A DNA stretch of 64,000 nt. Origin: the human T2T-CHM13v2.0 reference genome, Homo sapiens. The notes below the pieces were generated by a model. It made no database searches, was not told where the DNA came from, and saw only the letters and a list, made by a program, of their open reading frames with translations. Shown piece after piece: positions 1 through 12,282 of the stretch. Position numbers and translations under genes: made by a program. The stretch's first letter is position 1. The number at the start of each line of letters is the position of its first letter. Location: the NCBI RefSeq assembly GCF_009914755.1, contig NC_060947.1; one strand, 5' to 3'.

Positions 1-11
1 GTGCCTGCGAA

Positions 12-130
12 GCACCTGGGGACCTTGCGAAAATGCAGCTTCTGATTCAGTAGGTCTGTGCTGGGGCCTGAGATTCTGGGATTCTAAGTGGTTCCCAGGT
101 TATGCAGGGCACACTTTGAGTAGCAAGGTT
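12..130. mobile_element. MER5-type hAT-Charlie MITE fragment
   Basis: aaaatgcag.ttctgattcagtaggtctg..tggggcctgagattctg...cacactttgagtagcaagg resembles the MER5A/B consensus. Confidence 0.7.
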
Positions 131-891
131 CTAGATTGGCCTGGTCCTGTTGTGCTTTTAAGTAAAGTCACAATTAATTGAATCTGGGGAGATTAATGTT
201 TAGGCTGTTTAAAAAGCTGCCTCAGGCTCCCTGAGATGGCAATTCTCAAATGTCTTCAAAAATTTATTGTAATAATTAATTAGCTCTCACTGTCCAGGAA
301 GCTTTTTTGTGTCTAAACAAAACCCTCCAGGTGCTGTGATGTTCTGCTTCTCATTTTATCTTCAGCGGAGATGGAGTTAGTCCACCATGTCAATTCTATT
401 ATGGGTTACTTTGTTTATGTATATATGTATGTGTGTGTGTATTTACACACAGTTCTTCAATGTTAAAAAGAGTCTTTGGGCTGTCCTCCACCGTCTCCTT
501 TCCTCTCCTCTAGGAATCTTAAGATCTTGGAGATATCTAAGTCAGTTCTCTTCCTGTCTCCATGTTTATTTGCCTCCTCTATGAAATCTATAAAATTACA
601 CACGCTTTGTAATTCCTTGCCAAAATCCTGTTGCCTTGTATTTCAAAGAGCTGTTTAAAGCTTCAATGACCCTAGCCTGCATTGGATATACACCCAGCAT
701 GTCCAAAGTGCAAAACGGAGTATACTAGTAACTACTGGCCACCCAGACTATAAAGCTCATATTACAAAAATGCACACTCTAGGCAGAATCTGGTAAATGT
801 CAACTTCAAAATAAGTTGTGTCATACTGCTATATTTATAACCACATGGTCAATAAAAATAAGCACTTGCGAGGTGATTAAAAATAACATAC

Positions 892-1026
892 CAGGTAAAA
901 TTGGTTGTCCGGCAATTCCCAGCGGTGCCATTCCAAGATTATTCATTGCTGTGGCCCATGCAGTTGGATCAGACATAGGTAGTGTCATTGCAGTGGAATC
1001 CACGTTCAGAGTTCTACTGTTATCGG
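892..1026 (-). CDS. ENOX2: ENOX2 coding exon (135 nt, phase 1-1); contains the short-isoform start ATG at 988 (MTLPMSDPTAW...)
   Basis: Translates as (A)DNSRTLNVDSTAMTLPMSDPTAWATAMNNLGMAPLGIAGQPILP(D), recognised as the ENOX2 N-terminus. Acceptor tcatttcttttcag|CC at 1027/1026; donor CCTG|gtatgt at 892/891. Confidence 0.96.
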
Positions 1027-1724
1027 CTGAAAAGAAATGACAAGCAAAATAATTTGTTGTGTTAAGGTTCTAGCAACTAGTTTACTTATAAACATAAATT
1101 CTGGCAAACTGTTTATAGAAATGGCTGGAGAAATGGACAAGTGGTGGATAAGGCCTCAATGCCAGCTTTCTTATAAGGGTTAAAACAACACAGCTTGAAC
1201 TGGCAGGAAGTCATGGAATTTGAAAGTAATTTACCAGATGGCATTTTAGTATAAGTGTTTCCTTCCTTCTCTCCCTTTCTTCCTTCTCTCTCTCTCTCTC
1301 TCTCTCTCTTTTTTCAAGCATACACAACAGAGGAGCTTGGAATGATTAAGAAGTTTTCTATTCTTCTCACAGTCTACTAGCATATGATTACTTCAGCAGC
1401 TTCCATCCAAACTACTTATGCATGTAAAGCAAGAAAAAACATCCTAGGGCTTCTGTAGTTGGCAATAAAAGATGAAAATTATACTCCTGATGTAATTTCA
1501 TATCTTTGAAGCAGTACTATTGAATAGAGCTGGACACACAATCAGCAGACATCAAATTAGCTGAATGACAATTTTGGGGGTTAGGGGAACAATGAGAAAA
1601 AGCAGACTAGAGACACAGTCCCTGCCCTCAAAGGTTGTACAATAAAATTGAAGAGACTGATGATGATGGTGATAATTATTACCATTATCACTGTTATCAC
1701 CACCTCCACCCACTACTACCTCTG

Positions 1725-1925
1725 TTGAACACTTACTGTATGCCAGGTAAATCACTTGGCATGCATCATTCTCATTTAACTTTCAGAACAGCCCTATGAG
1801 GTAGGGACTATTTATATCTCCATTTAATAGAAGTTTTAGAGACATTTAAGAGAAGTTTCGAAAGGTCAAATATATTGTCCAAGGTCATACAGAATGTATA
1901 ATTTTTAGCCACTATGCTTTACTAT
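1725..1925 (-). mobile_element. MIR
   Basis: acttactgtatgccagg...ccctatgaggtagggactatt...cccattt...ccaaggtcatacag, the reverse MIR core. Confidence 0.7.
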
Positions 1926-3472
1926 CTCCAGTTAAACAACTAGGAAACAATGAAAGACTCAAATGGTATAGATCAGAAATGTTACTGTAGTTTATGGTAT
2001 GCAGAGCTACTGTGGCCTGAGTAAGCAGGAAATACTTCATGGAGAAAATAGGACTTGAAAGAATGGACCAGATTTATATAGAGCATGTCATGAGTGATGA
2101 GCAGTTATTAGATAGGTAAAGTAGAGGGGCCAGACATCCCAGGAGCAGGAATGATATAAGCAAAAACATTGAAACGGGTTTTATAAGCACGTACATGTAC
2201 ACAGTGTTGGGAGAGATATAGTCATGAGTCATCTGAGCACAAACAGACTTTCGTTTTGGGAAATTTTCCTCTGACTACTGATAGCCATAGAAAAATCTTT
2301 CTATGGCTTTTTTCCTACCTCCCAGTACACACTTCTGCCAATTACAACCCATGAAGGCAACTCTGTTCTAATAGTAGCTTGCTAAAGTCCAAGGCAACAT
2401 CAGGGCTGACTCTTGCCAGGGTTATGTATACATGTGCTATTTTGGTCACTGATTGGTCAGAACAAGCAAATGTAAATGTCTAAAAACATTATTTCTGAAA
2501 TATTAGTTTTTGTCATTTTTCTGTGCTGCCTTTGCCTCTTCCCCCTTAATCCCTCCTTCACACACACACAGTGATTGATGGCACTAAGTGTTCATTAATT
2601 ACAGTCAGAAGTCACATTTCAGAGTGATTACTCCTACAGAGTGATTTCTCCATCTGTAGGAACTTTAGTAGTTATATCCAGCTTTCAGTGTTCTCTCACA
2701 AAGGCATATCCAAAGGCTAGAAATAGCCTCCTTGCAAATATTATCAAGAAAACAAATATGGGATGCTGAATATCCTTTGGGTTGAGAGTTTACATAGTGA
2801 TAATTAGTCTACTTGGACTTCCAAGCCCCCAGCTAGGGGAGGTAAGTTTTTAGAGAATGTTACAGCTGAAAGATACCTTTAGAGATTATTGAGTCTACAC
2901 TCTGATTTTCTCTGGTTGCTGGAGAATCAGTCCCAGAAGAAACTGGTAGGTTTAGAAGGACTGGGACCCAATGCCAAAAATAATTTCTTACAACAGTTTG
3001 GCTACTCATTGGTTCTGCAGTCATGAGAAATATTAAAACAAACAAACAAACAAACAGGAACACTTCTCAGTAAAGGATTTTGAGGTCAAAGAATGAGAAT
3101 TTATAATATATTAACCTAGCCAAACTCTGGACTAATTAGGGGCGGGATAAGTGTTTGGGGGAAGACAATGATCTCAATTACAATTTTGAAGGAAAACACA
3201 GTATTGTTATTTTCAAAATGTATAGTAATTCACAATGCTTGTTAACATGTTAGTAAGTAGAGTTCCTGGTATGCTTGTTTACAGGAACAGATAAGGAACA
3301 TGTGTGATTAACAACATTATTTCATCTCAATGAAAGTGGTTCTTAAATTCTTAGGAAGTTTTGCTTTAAATGTCCTTCTTATCTCCCTTCCCTCCCCTAA
3401 CACCCATCTCCACCTGTCAAAATCCCACTCATTTTTGAAGGGTCACCTCAAATGCTACCTTGTTTATGAAAC

Positions 3473-3797
3473 TGAAATGGCCAGGTGGGAAGGGCTCCCT
3501 GGCAGAGCCTCCCACTGACCTGCACCCTGGGGTGGAGCCTTGGAAGTTCATGTGTTTGCAGTGGGAAGGAGCCTGGCCCCTCCTCTTCCTGGGTGGAACC
3601 TGGGATTCAATCTATGAGGCGGGAAGCACACCAGCAGGACTCTGGCCTTGCAGAGGGTCCCCGTTTCCCTTTTTTACCCCTTTTTCTCCAATACATTCCA
3701 TTTTTCTCACCCTTCAAAGTGTCTGCAAGCCTAATCTCTCATGGCCGTGTGACAAGAACCTGGTTCTTTGCTGAACTAAGGAAAAAGTCCTATAACA
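3473..3797 (+). mobile_element. ERV1 solo LTR, MER61-like, inserted in an L2 remnant
   Basis: TG...CA termini; 4-bp TSD AAAC (3469-3472 / 3798-3801); ccaggtgggaaggg...gctgaactaagg..aaagtcct motifs. Confidence 0.8.
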
Positions 3798-5277
3798 AAA
3801 CCACCTCATTGGAATTAATTACTTCTTCTGATGTGTTCTCATAACATTTTATCTAGAATTTGATTTTCACATGTTTGCTCATTCTCTCACTCATTCCTTG
3901 CAAACTAAACTTTTTTGAGTCTTACTATATGCCATGCTGTTTTGCTAGTAACTACGAACACAGAGATGAACAAAACTCATTTACTGCTCTGGAAGAATTC
4001 AAAAACAATAAACAATCCAATGTAAATTATTATAATAAGTACTGTAATTAAACCATGAGTGGAGTGCTCTGGGAACACAGAGGAGTAATTAAAGCTGCTG
4101 CAATGGGTTTGGGTATACGTGTTTCTGGTTGTGGGGTGGAGGAGGAATGCCAGGGAAGCCTTCATTGGGAAAGAATCATTTGAAGTAAGTCTTTAAGGAG
4201 GGATAGGATTTTCTTCCAGGTAGTGAATGGAAGATTGGGGTAAGAAGAGCATTCTAAAAAGCAAGAAGCACCAAGCATTTACCACCGACTGCCTTGGATT
4301 ATTGTTATTGTGTACATGTCTCCCTTCTGCTGGCCTGCATGCCTCTTTTAGGTCAGGTACTGGGTTTGAGGCATTTTCTTTCCTTATTTCTTAGTTTAGT
4401 GTCTAGTATAAAGTAGGTATTCAAGAAATATTTAAATTAATAAAGAAAATTAATTTACATTGATTTTGGGCACAATAAGCAGTCTATACAATGACACCCA
4501 TTGATTATTTGTATACCTTTTCAGAATGACAAATTGTCTTAAAGAGGTGGCATTATTGCTAAGCCAATTCTTTCTCTAGGACAGCTGAATACTTGTAGAA
4601 ATTTGCTTAGTTACAACCAGGGATATATGCCCAACTAATAACTCAGTTTGATCTCATTAGCTATGATCTTTTTCCCATATCGGCATAATCATACATAAAA
4701 GCTTGCAAAATTTTGCTTTCAAAGGAAAATCCCAGATGATCACCTCTGGCAGTAATCTGGATTCAAGGTCCACGGTAACAAAACATGTTGTGCTAAGTAT
4801 CTGTTTAGAATTATCACTTAATGGTGGAAAAGTTAAGTTCTGGCCTGATCCACTTTCTAGACTAGAAATGGACATCTAGTAATTTTCCCCTGAATCCTAC
4901 AATCACTGGCAGCAGCCAAGAATATTCAGAAGGCGAATGCTACTGGTTGTCAAGTGGTCTTTAAAATACCTACCCCAAGTCTGAAGAACATGTCTTGCCA
5001 TGCTGGTTCTCCTATTCTGCTGTGTGACAAGTTCTCAAGAGGTCAGAGATTGTAGAGTGGCTGTGAGTAAGTGCCTTCTAGGTAATTTGGTTGAAGATAT
5101 GGCACTTTGGAATAAGCTCCATTAGCACCAAAAGAATACAAGATTTGGAAGTGATCATCTACTTGAACTTGGTATCATTTTATAACTATCAAATCTCTGC
5201 CATCTGTTTATTTTTGTATTGTTGATGCATCACTAATTAACTTGTCAATCACTGTCAAAGTTATTTGATTTTGAAGA

Positions 5278-5280
<3 letters not shown>

Positions 5281-5319
<39 letters not shown>

Positions 5320-5326
5320 ACACACA
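5281..5326. repeat. (CA)n microsatellite
   Basis: About 23 CA units with one interruption. Confidence 0.97.
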
Positions 5327-7014
5327 ATTTCCTCTGAAACAAGGACAACAGTATGTTGGTGCTGTCTCTTCAACTATATTCTTTCATTAAGACAAAAACT
5401 CTCCTTCTCTGATGATTTACTCTCCTACAATTCTCTTTCTTATGTCCGAGTGGATATCCACTGGTTTTTATGCTCACTGTAATTTTGTTACACATTATTA
5501 TGCAAAGTTGAGGAGACAGTTTTGTCAACAAACATCTATTGAAAGCCTGTTAACCACAGGAAGCAATCCTGTCTAATCATCAAGAGCATTGGTCTGGGAG
5601 TCAGATGGCTCTGGACTAGAGTCTAACTCTACTACTTAGCAACTGTAATGTGCTCATTCACTTTCTTTCTTCTCTTCTTGCCTGCCTGCCTTCCAGTCTT
5701 CCTTTCATATTTACCATACATTCACTGAACATTATCTATGTGTCAGGCAGTATTGCAGATGTTGAGGATATTAGGGTGAGTCAAAGAGACCTCATCCTTG
5801 CTCTTGTAGAACTTATACTCTAATGCAATAGACAGATATTAAAATACAAATAATTATGCACTGTAATAAGTGTTATGAGCAAATAACTGGGTTTGACGAA
5901 AAAATGGGAAGCTACTAAATTAGGAAAATGAAAGCATCTACCTTATAGGTTTGTTGAAGATTAGATAATGTGGGTAAAGAATTTAGCATGTCTTCTGGCT
6001 CATATTGAGCGCTCAATAAATGGCCATAATAACATGGTAATAGTTATGGTAAACGATGAGGAAGTGGTCCCAGCCCTCGGGGGGTTCAAAGTCTACTGAG
6101 AGAACCAAGCATACACATGAATTACTAGAATACACTGTATGAATAATGAAACTGAGGCACAGAGAGTTTAAGTGATCAGCTCAACATCACACAGCTAGTA
6201 GGTAGTAGAGCAAGAATATAAGCCCAGTCAGCTCTGATGCCAATGCTCACAATGTAACTCATCACACTAAACTCTCTTCCAAAGAGTACATTTATTCTGT
6301 GTTCTCTTAGCTCACTGAAGACATTGCTATCATAGCCCTTACTACATTATATTTTTCTGATCTTTTTCCATGTCTGTCTCTCCCCAGAAATTGCTTATTC
6401 CTCCTTGTTATTTCTAGTGCCTAGACACAGTGTCTGACATAGAAAAGATGTTTAACAAGCTATTTTAAACAAATACATGAGGAAATATATGAGTATACAA
6501 AAGAGTCCTCCACAGATATTCTTTCCAGAAGCAGGTGTCAAGCTATTCAGAACAGGATACTACTCTATTATTGTATTAAGATAAAATCTCTTTTGGAGGG
6601 TTTCTTTTGAGGGCTGAGTGTTAAACAAAAATTTTAAATGGAAAAAGAAAGGAAGATAAAATGATGACAATTTGAAGTATTATAATCCTTACATGCTGAT
6701 AATACAAAAAATTCCCAATTACAGACATACAAACTTCAAGGAAGATAAATCTGGGGATGAGAAGATAGCATCACTGAGAAATTCTTCACTTATGAGAAGG
6801 AACTAAAATTTCTTAGAGAATTTAAGGTAATTAAATTTACTAAAATGAAAGTCCATGTAGCAGCCATATTTGTTAATTCCTTGAGGCCAGGCGACACAAA
6901 CCTCATTTACTTCTGCACCCTTTACTGTGACTAGCTCAAAGTAGGTGCCAATAAGTGTGTTTTTAAATAAGAGAACTCTACAAGAACTCAGCAACTGTAC
7001 AAAGTGGGGCTTAC

Positions 7015-7063
7015 CTGCATAGCCTATTTCGTAGACCCACAGCCATCTAAAATCTCTTTGCAT
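7015..7063 (-). CDS. ENOX2: ENOX2 long-isoform first coding segment MQRDFRWLWVYEIGYA+G, within alternative exon 7015-7103
   Basis: ATG at 7063, 16 codons + 1 nt. Donor GCAG|gtaagc at 7015/7014; acceptor tcttctttctgcag|AAA at 7104/7103. Phase 1 joins exon 892-1026 in frame (G+CC=Ala). Confidence 0.94.
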
Positions 7064-7101
7064 TGTGTGGTCCTCAACTGTGAACTTAGCTCTGTCATCA
7101 T
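7024..7101 (-). other. Out-of-frame upstream ORF (25 aa, MMTELSSQLRTTQCKEILDGCGSTK*) overlapping the long-isoform ATG
   Basis: Tandem ATGATG at 7101/7098, 38 nt upstream of ATG 7063 and in a different frame; TAG at 7026-7024. Confidence 0.6.
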
Positions 7102-7127
7102 TTCTGCAGAAAGAAGATAGTAGTCTC

Positions 7128-7410
7128 AGCTGGGCGTGGTAGCTCATGCTTGTAAATCCCAGCACTTTGGGAGGCGGAGGTGGGTGGATCATTTGAGGTC
7201 AGGAGTTCAAGACCAGCCAGGTCAACATGGTAAAACCCAACGTCTACTAAAAATATAAAAATTAGCTAGGCGTGGTGGTGTATGCCTGTAGTCCCAGCTA
7301 CTTGGGAGGCTGAGGCACGAGAATCACTTGAACCCAGGGATGGAAGTTGCAGTGAGCCGAGATCACACCACTACATTCCAGCCTGGGCAACAGAGTGAGA
7401 CTCTGTCTCA

Positions 7411-7442
<32 letters not shown>

Positions 7443-7460
7443 AGAAAAAAGAAAAAGAAA
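7128..7460 (+). mobile_element. Full-length Alu (S/J type) with A-rich tail
   Basis: Dimeric Alu consensus; TSD agatagt(a/g)gtct at 7115-7126 and 7462-7473. Confidence 0.95.
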
Positions 7461-7547
7461 CAGATAGTGGTCTAAAGGTGGGTGGGACATGGGACATCAG
7501 GCCTCTAGAATATACTAGGACTCAGAAAAATGATGAATAATAGTTTT

Positions 7548-7798
7548 TTTTTTAATACTTTAAGTTCTGGGATACATGTGCGAATGTGCAGGTTTGTTAC
7601 ATAGGTATACACGTGCCATGGTAGTTTGCTGCACCCATCAAGCCATCATCTACATTAGGTATTTCTCCTAATGCTATCCCTCTCCTAGCCCCCCACCCCC
7701 TGACAGGCCCTGGTGTGTGATGTTCCCCTCCCTGTGTCCATGTGTTCTCATTGTTCAACTCCCACTTATGAGTGAGAACATATGGTATTTGGTTTTCT
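7548..7798 (-). mobile_element. 5'-truncated L1PA 3' end
   Basis: tactttaagttctgggatacatgtg...cccacttatgagtgagaac; TSD taatagtttt at 7538 and 7799. Confidence 0.9.
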
Positions 7799-7844
7799 TA
7801 ATAGTTTTAAAGATAGCAATTATAATAAGACTAATAAGAGTCAA

Positions 7845-8082
7845 CAGTTATATAATGCTTACTATGCACCTCACACTGTTCTAGGCACTTTATGTATATT
7901 AATTTAAAATTCACAACAATCCTATGAAGTAGGTCCTTTCATTATCCCCATTTTACTGATGAGGTAATAGGAACAGAGAAGTTAAGCAAGCTATCCATAG
8001 TTATATAGCTAGCTTGCAGTAGAGCCGAGATTCAAACCCAGGCAGTCTGGCTTCAAAATTCATGCTCTTGACCACTATGCCC
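7845..8082 (-). mobile_element. MIR, near full length
   Basis: Reverse MIR consensus ending ...ttcaaacccaggcagtctggcttcaaa...ctcttgaccactatgc. Confidence 0.85.
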
Positions 8083-8188
8083 TACTAAACTAGGGGGTTC
8101 ATCAAGTTATAGAATATTTGAGCTGAGGGCTCTAGAGCTCATCATTATACAGATGGGTACTCTCAATGTCCTCTATTGCAGTGCCAAG

Positions 8189-8380
8189 TTTGCCCCACAG
8201 GGGACATTTGGCAGTATCTGGAGACATTTTTGATTGTCATACCTGGCAGCAGGTAGTTGCTACTGACATCTAGTAGAGGCCAGGGGTTCTGCTAAACATC
8301 CTACAATGTACAGGACATCCCCCTTCAAGAACCAATTATCTGGCCTAAAATGTCAATAGTGCTGAGGTTGAGAAATCCTG
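8189..8380 (+). mobile_element. MER20 (hAT-Charlie)
   Basis: gccccacaggggacatttggca...ctaaacatcctacaatg...gtcaatagtgctgaggttgagaaatcctg. Confidence 0.88.
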
Positions 8381-10010
8381 CTCTACTGTAACAATTTTTG
8401 TGTGTTCTTACTGGAGAACGCCTTATACCCCTGGTTTCTTCCATAATCCTTTCCCATCTATCACATGTATAGGCAACTCCAACTTCTGTAGTTTATGCCG
8501 TACCCTACTCTCTTATGCTATCGTGCAACTAAGACTAATCTGATCAAACCCTCCTCTCTGACCCCATCTCAAGAATCTATTAACGCTTTCAGCATGGTTA
8601 CTTCTATGCTTCACATCAAAGAAATGATCCTTGTTGTGGGAAGTCCAGGTACCATGGAATGCTCATGGGTTGCTGTTTGAGAATAGTCCTGGAAATAGCA
8701 GTAGGCACACCATGACAAAGGAAAGAGAAAGGAAGTTTAGAAAATGCTTGAACAAAACGTGGAAGAAAACTTCATTTCTGGCATATCACATAGGACCTCG
8801 CATATAGTAGGCATTCGAGAAGTATTTGTTGTGAAAAGATGACACAGGGGCAGGGTTGGGTGTCCTACCAAGGAATAACATTGTGTTTTCTGTTCTCTGT
8901 CTAAGGGAAAGGAAACAGTAGAACAAATCACATTTGGGGTCTGCATTAAGCCTGGGGCTCAAGGCTTTATCTTTTGCGTAGTATTTATTGCTTATGAAGC
9001 AATATATTGTGGCAGTGCAGGTGTTATTTTGAATCTCTCTTCATATTCCTTGAAAATTAACAATCTATCATTGTTTGTGAACAATGCACTGAAGCCTGAG
9101 GCACAGGCCACAGTCCCTCCTATTGCAGACTTCAAGTGATGCCACAGCTTGCATCACGGTGATGCAGGTGAGAGAACTGACAGGGGCTTTTGTAGGCTTT
9201 TGTAATACAAGGCTCCCAGATGGCTTGAGAGAGATGATGCTATTAGACAAGCAGGATGGATCAAAGAGTCACTCAAGGGAATCAAGATGTCATACATTCT
9301 CTTCCTTGAGAAAGGAAAAGGAGATAAGGGAAGGGAAGGCAAAGGGAGGCAAGGGAAGGGTCTTTATGCTGGCCTATATATATAGTAGGTAGTCATTTTC
9401 ACATGAGTTGTGAGTGTGGCAGGGTGGGAGTTGGAAGAGAATAGCTTGATCTTCAAGGTATACAGATGAGAATCTCAGCATAGCGGGTGCTTTCACAAAC
9501 TAAACCTCATCCTGGAAGATTTATTGTTTTAGTCTATAAGCTAGAGGGTCCTGAAGACAGCCACCTCTGTATTGGAGCAGTTATCAAGATGTTCAATATT
9601 TAAGTTAGATCAATTTAAAGCCACAGAGCCAGGCCAGCCCTCCAGATGGCAATTGTAGTGAGGGTGGGGTGAGGGCGTGGTATAGTGAGGAAGAAGAAGG
9701 CCACAGAATTTGGTATGTGCCTCTCCAAGGAAGTGATAGCACATACCCTACATTTATGAAGGCAACAAGGTATAATAGAAGGAATACAGGACTTGGAGCC
9801 AGATAGATCTAAAATCCAACCTTGGCTGTACTCCTGACTAGCTGAATGACTTTAGGCAAGTTCCACAAACTTTTTAACCTGTTTATTCACTTGCAGCTGG
9901 GGATAATGATACCTATCTTTCATATAAAAGATAATGATAATGATGTTGATTCCTAATATTGGTTAAATGCTTATTATGTGCTAAACATTGTTTTAAAGCT
10001 TTGCATGTAT

Positions 10011-10727
10011 TATTACAGTAAGTAGCTAGCCAGGCATGAGTGGGGCAGGAGAGGGCTCCCCCAGCCCCACCAGGAATGTCAGGCGACTATCAGGTAGTTG
10101 TCACACTGACTCTCTAAAATAGTAATTGATCATAGCCAGCGCCAGGAAAAAGTAGTTTCCCAATAAATAAAAACACCTGAAACTGGTGATTGGCAGCATC
10201 CCAATAAGATCTCTGGTATTGGGCAAGTGGGCTCAGGCATGTGCATTAAGAGACAAAATGGCACAGTTGAACTGATATATGACCTTCCAGGGGCATTCCA
10301 CTGGAACAGGGAAGAACGCTTCAGATGAGCATGTGTACAACTCTAGTAAACACACTGAGCATGCTCACCTCCCAAGTGCTAGCAGGCCCCCACACATGCA
10401 GGCAGCTTACCCTAATGGAAGAATCAAGGGAAACGGGATGCAAGATGCTGGAAGTATGCCAGCATATAAAACCCTAGGTCCAAAGTCAAACAGGGCACTT
10501 GACCTCCAAGATATCCACTTAGACCTCTTCCAAGTGTACTTTACCCTCTTTTCATTCCTGCTCTAAAGCTTTTTAATAAACTTTCACTACTACTAAAACT
10601 TGCCTTGGTCTCTCCTTCTTCCTTATGCCCCTCAGTCGAATTCTTTCTTCTGAGGAGGCAAGAACTGAGGTTGCTGCAGACCTGTATGGATTTGCCACAG
10701 GTAACTCAGATACTTCCACCACTAACA
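10011..10727 (+). mobile_element. ERV1 solo LTR, MER50-like, splitting a MIR
   Basis: 4-bp TSD GTAT (10007-10010 / 10728-10731); TATAAAA near 10465 and AATAAA near 10575; MIR halves on both sides. Confidence 0.85.
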
Positions 10728-12105
10728 GTATTATACAATATAATTCTTACAAAAACTCTATGAGACAAGTGATATTTATCATTATACTCATTTTATAGAC
10801 AAGGAGTATGAAACACAAAGAAGTTAACAAGTGGCTTAAGGCCACAGATACAGTTAATGTTGGAATTGGAATTCAAATTCAGGAAGTATGGCTCCAGAGA
10901 CAACACGTTTAACCACTGGGCTATATACCATCACTAAGAATGCTGAGCCCAATATCTGACACAGAGCAAGTACCTGATCATGACTTTAACCCTACTTCCT
11001 TTATCTTTCCCTTCCCTTTTTCTGGCAAGGAAGAAATCATTCAGATGCCCTGTGGGGGATCTTTGAGCTGCGGCCAAGGGCTTCTTTTGTAATTTCAGGG
11101 TGGGCTGGCATGGGCTGAGGTATCTCAGGGATAGTACTTTTCAGTTCCAGGTTATTAGGCAAATTGAGTCAGAAGAATAGGTTAAGGTTGGACCCAGGGG
11201 TTCTGGTTGGACCCAGGGTTCTGGAATACCATCAGGCTCCACTGTGGGAACCTTAGAGGGCTGCCTCAGCTACTAAGAGCAGTGGCTGACTCCCCTTGAG
11301 AGGCTCTTTTGGGGTTTTTCTGGACTACAGTCTGTAATTGCCAACCCTCTGGCTTCATGGACTTCTCAGATACCTGTGAACTAATGTTACCTTGGTCTAG
11401 AGTGAATGGCTGACTATGGTCCTCTAATCTAGGATTACATCATCACATTTATTCCATATTTTCTTACCTAATATTTAGGTAAAGAACACCAAAAAGCATA
11501 GATGGGCCTAAAAAAAAAATGCTACCTGTCTCAGCTCCTTTAATATCTGCACTAATTGCCTGTTAAGTCATATAATTCTTTTCCTGGTTTTGAAATAAAC
11601 ACATAAATATTACTGTCAGGACCCCAAATGTTGTAGTTACTGGTGTTCAACTAGAAATCTTAATATTTAAACTAATCAACTAACTGCATTTCAGGTACTG
11701 AGCACGCTCTTTAAGTTAATGGCATAGCTGCTGGTGGGGGAGGGGGTGGAGAAAGAAAAAAACAGAAGCATAAACTTTGTTAAGTTCCCAAAGCTCTGTG
11801 GTCTGTGCTTTCCCAAGGTAAGTTGAGTAAAAGGTGACTTGGCAACACTGCTACCATGCTCTTGGAAGTCTGGCAAGATCTCTTGGAGGAAAAAAAACCC
11901 CACATCAGTCCTGGGGCTAATCCACAAGCCGTTTTGCTGCAGTCCTTGTTGCTGAAAATCTTTCCAATATGTTTCAGTCCACTTCCTTGCCATAGAAAAT
12001 AGAGTATGACAAGGATAAATATAGCATGAACAAGATCTGGAGTTTGGAAGGCTAGTTTGAACTCTGGCCCTACCGTTTACTCACCATGTAGCAATCACTT
12101 ACACC

Positions 12106-12282
12106 TGTGTTTGTCAAAGTACGTTCCAACCATGTGCATCAGAATCACCTTGGGTGCTTGCTAAATAGGCCAATTTCCAGGGTTCACTGCTAAAGTTTTC
12201 ACCTGGGTGGCACTGGGGACTCTGCCTGTTGAACAAGTACCCTAGGTAACTCTTACACCCACTACAAATTTGAGAAACACAG
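12106..12282. mobile_element. MER5A-like MITE nested in a MIR
   Basis: tgcatcagaatcacct.gggtgcttg.taaa...tttgagaaacac. Confidence 0.65.

Noticed and set aside
821-891. C-terminal part of ORF 821..1003 (GMLFLITSQ...)
   Set aside because: Intron read-through past the donor at 892/891; the listed start is a GTG inside the exon.
6803-7192. 129-aa ORF as a stand-alone gene
   Set aside because: Chimera of antisense Alu, the true 16-codon ENOX2 segment and intron.
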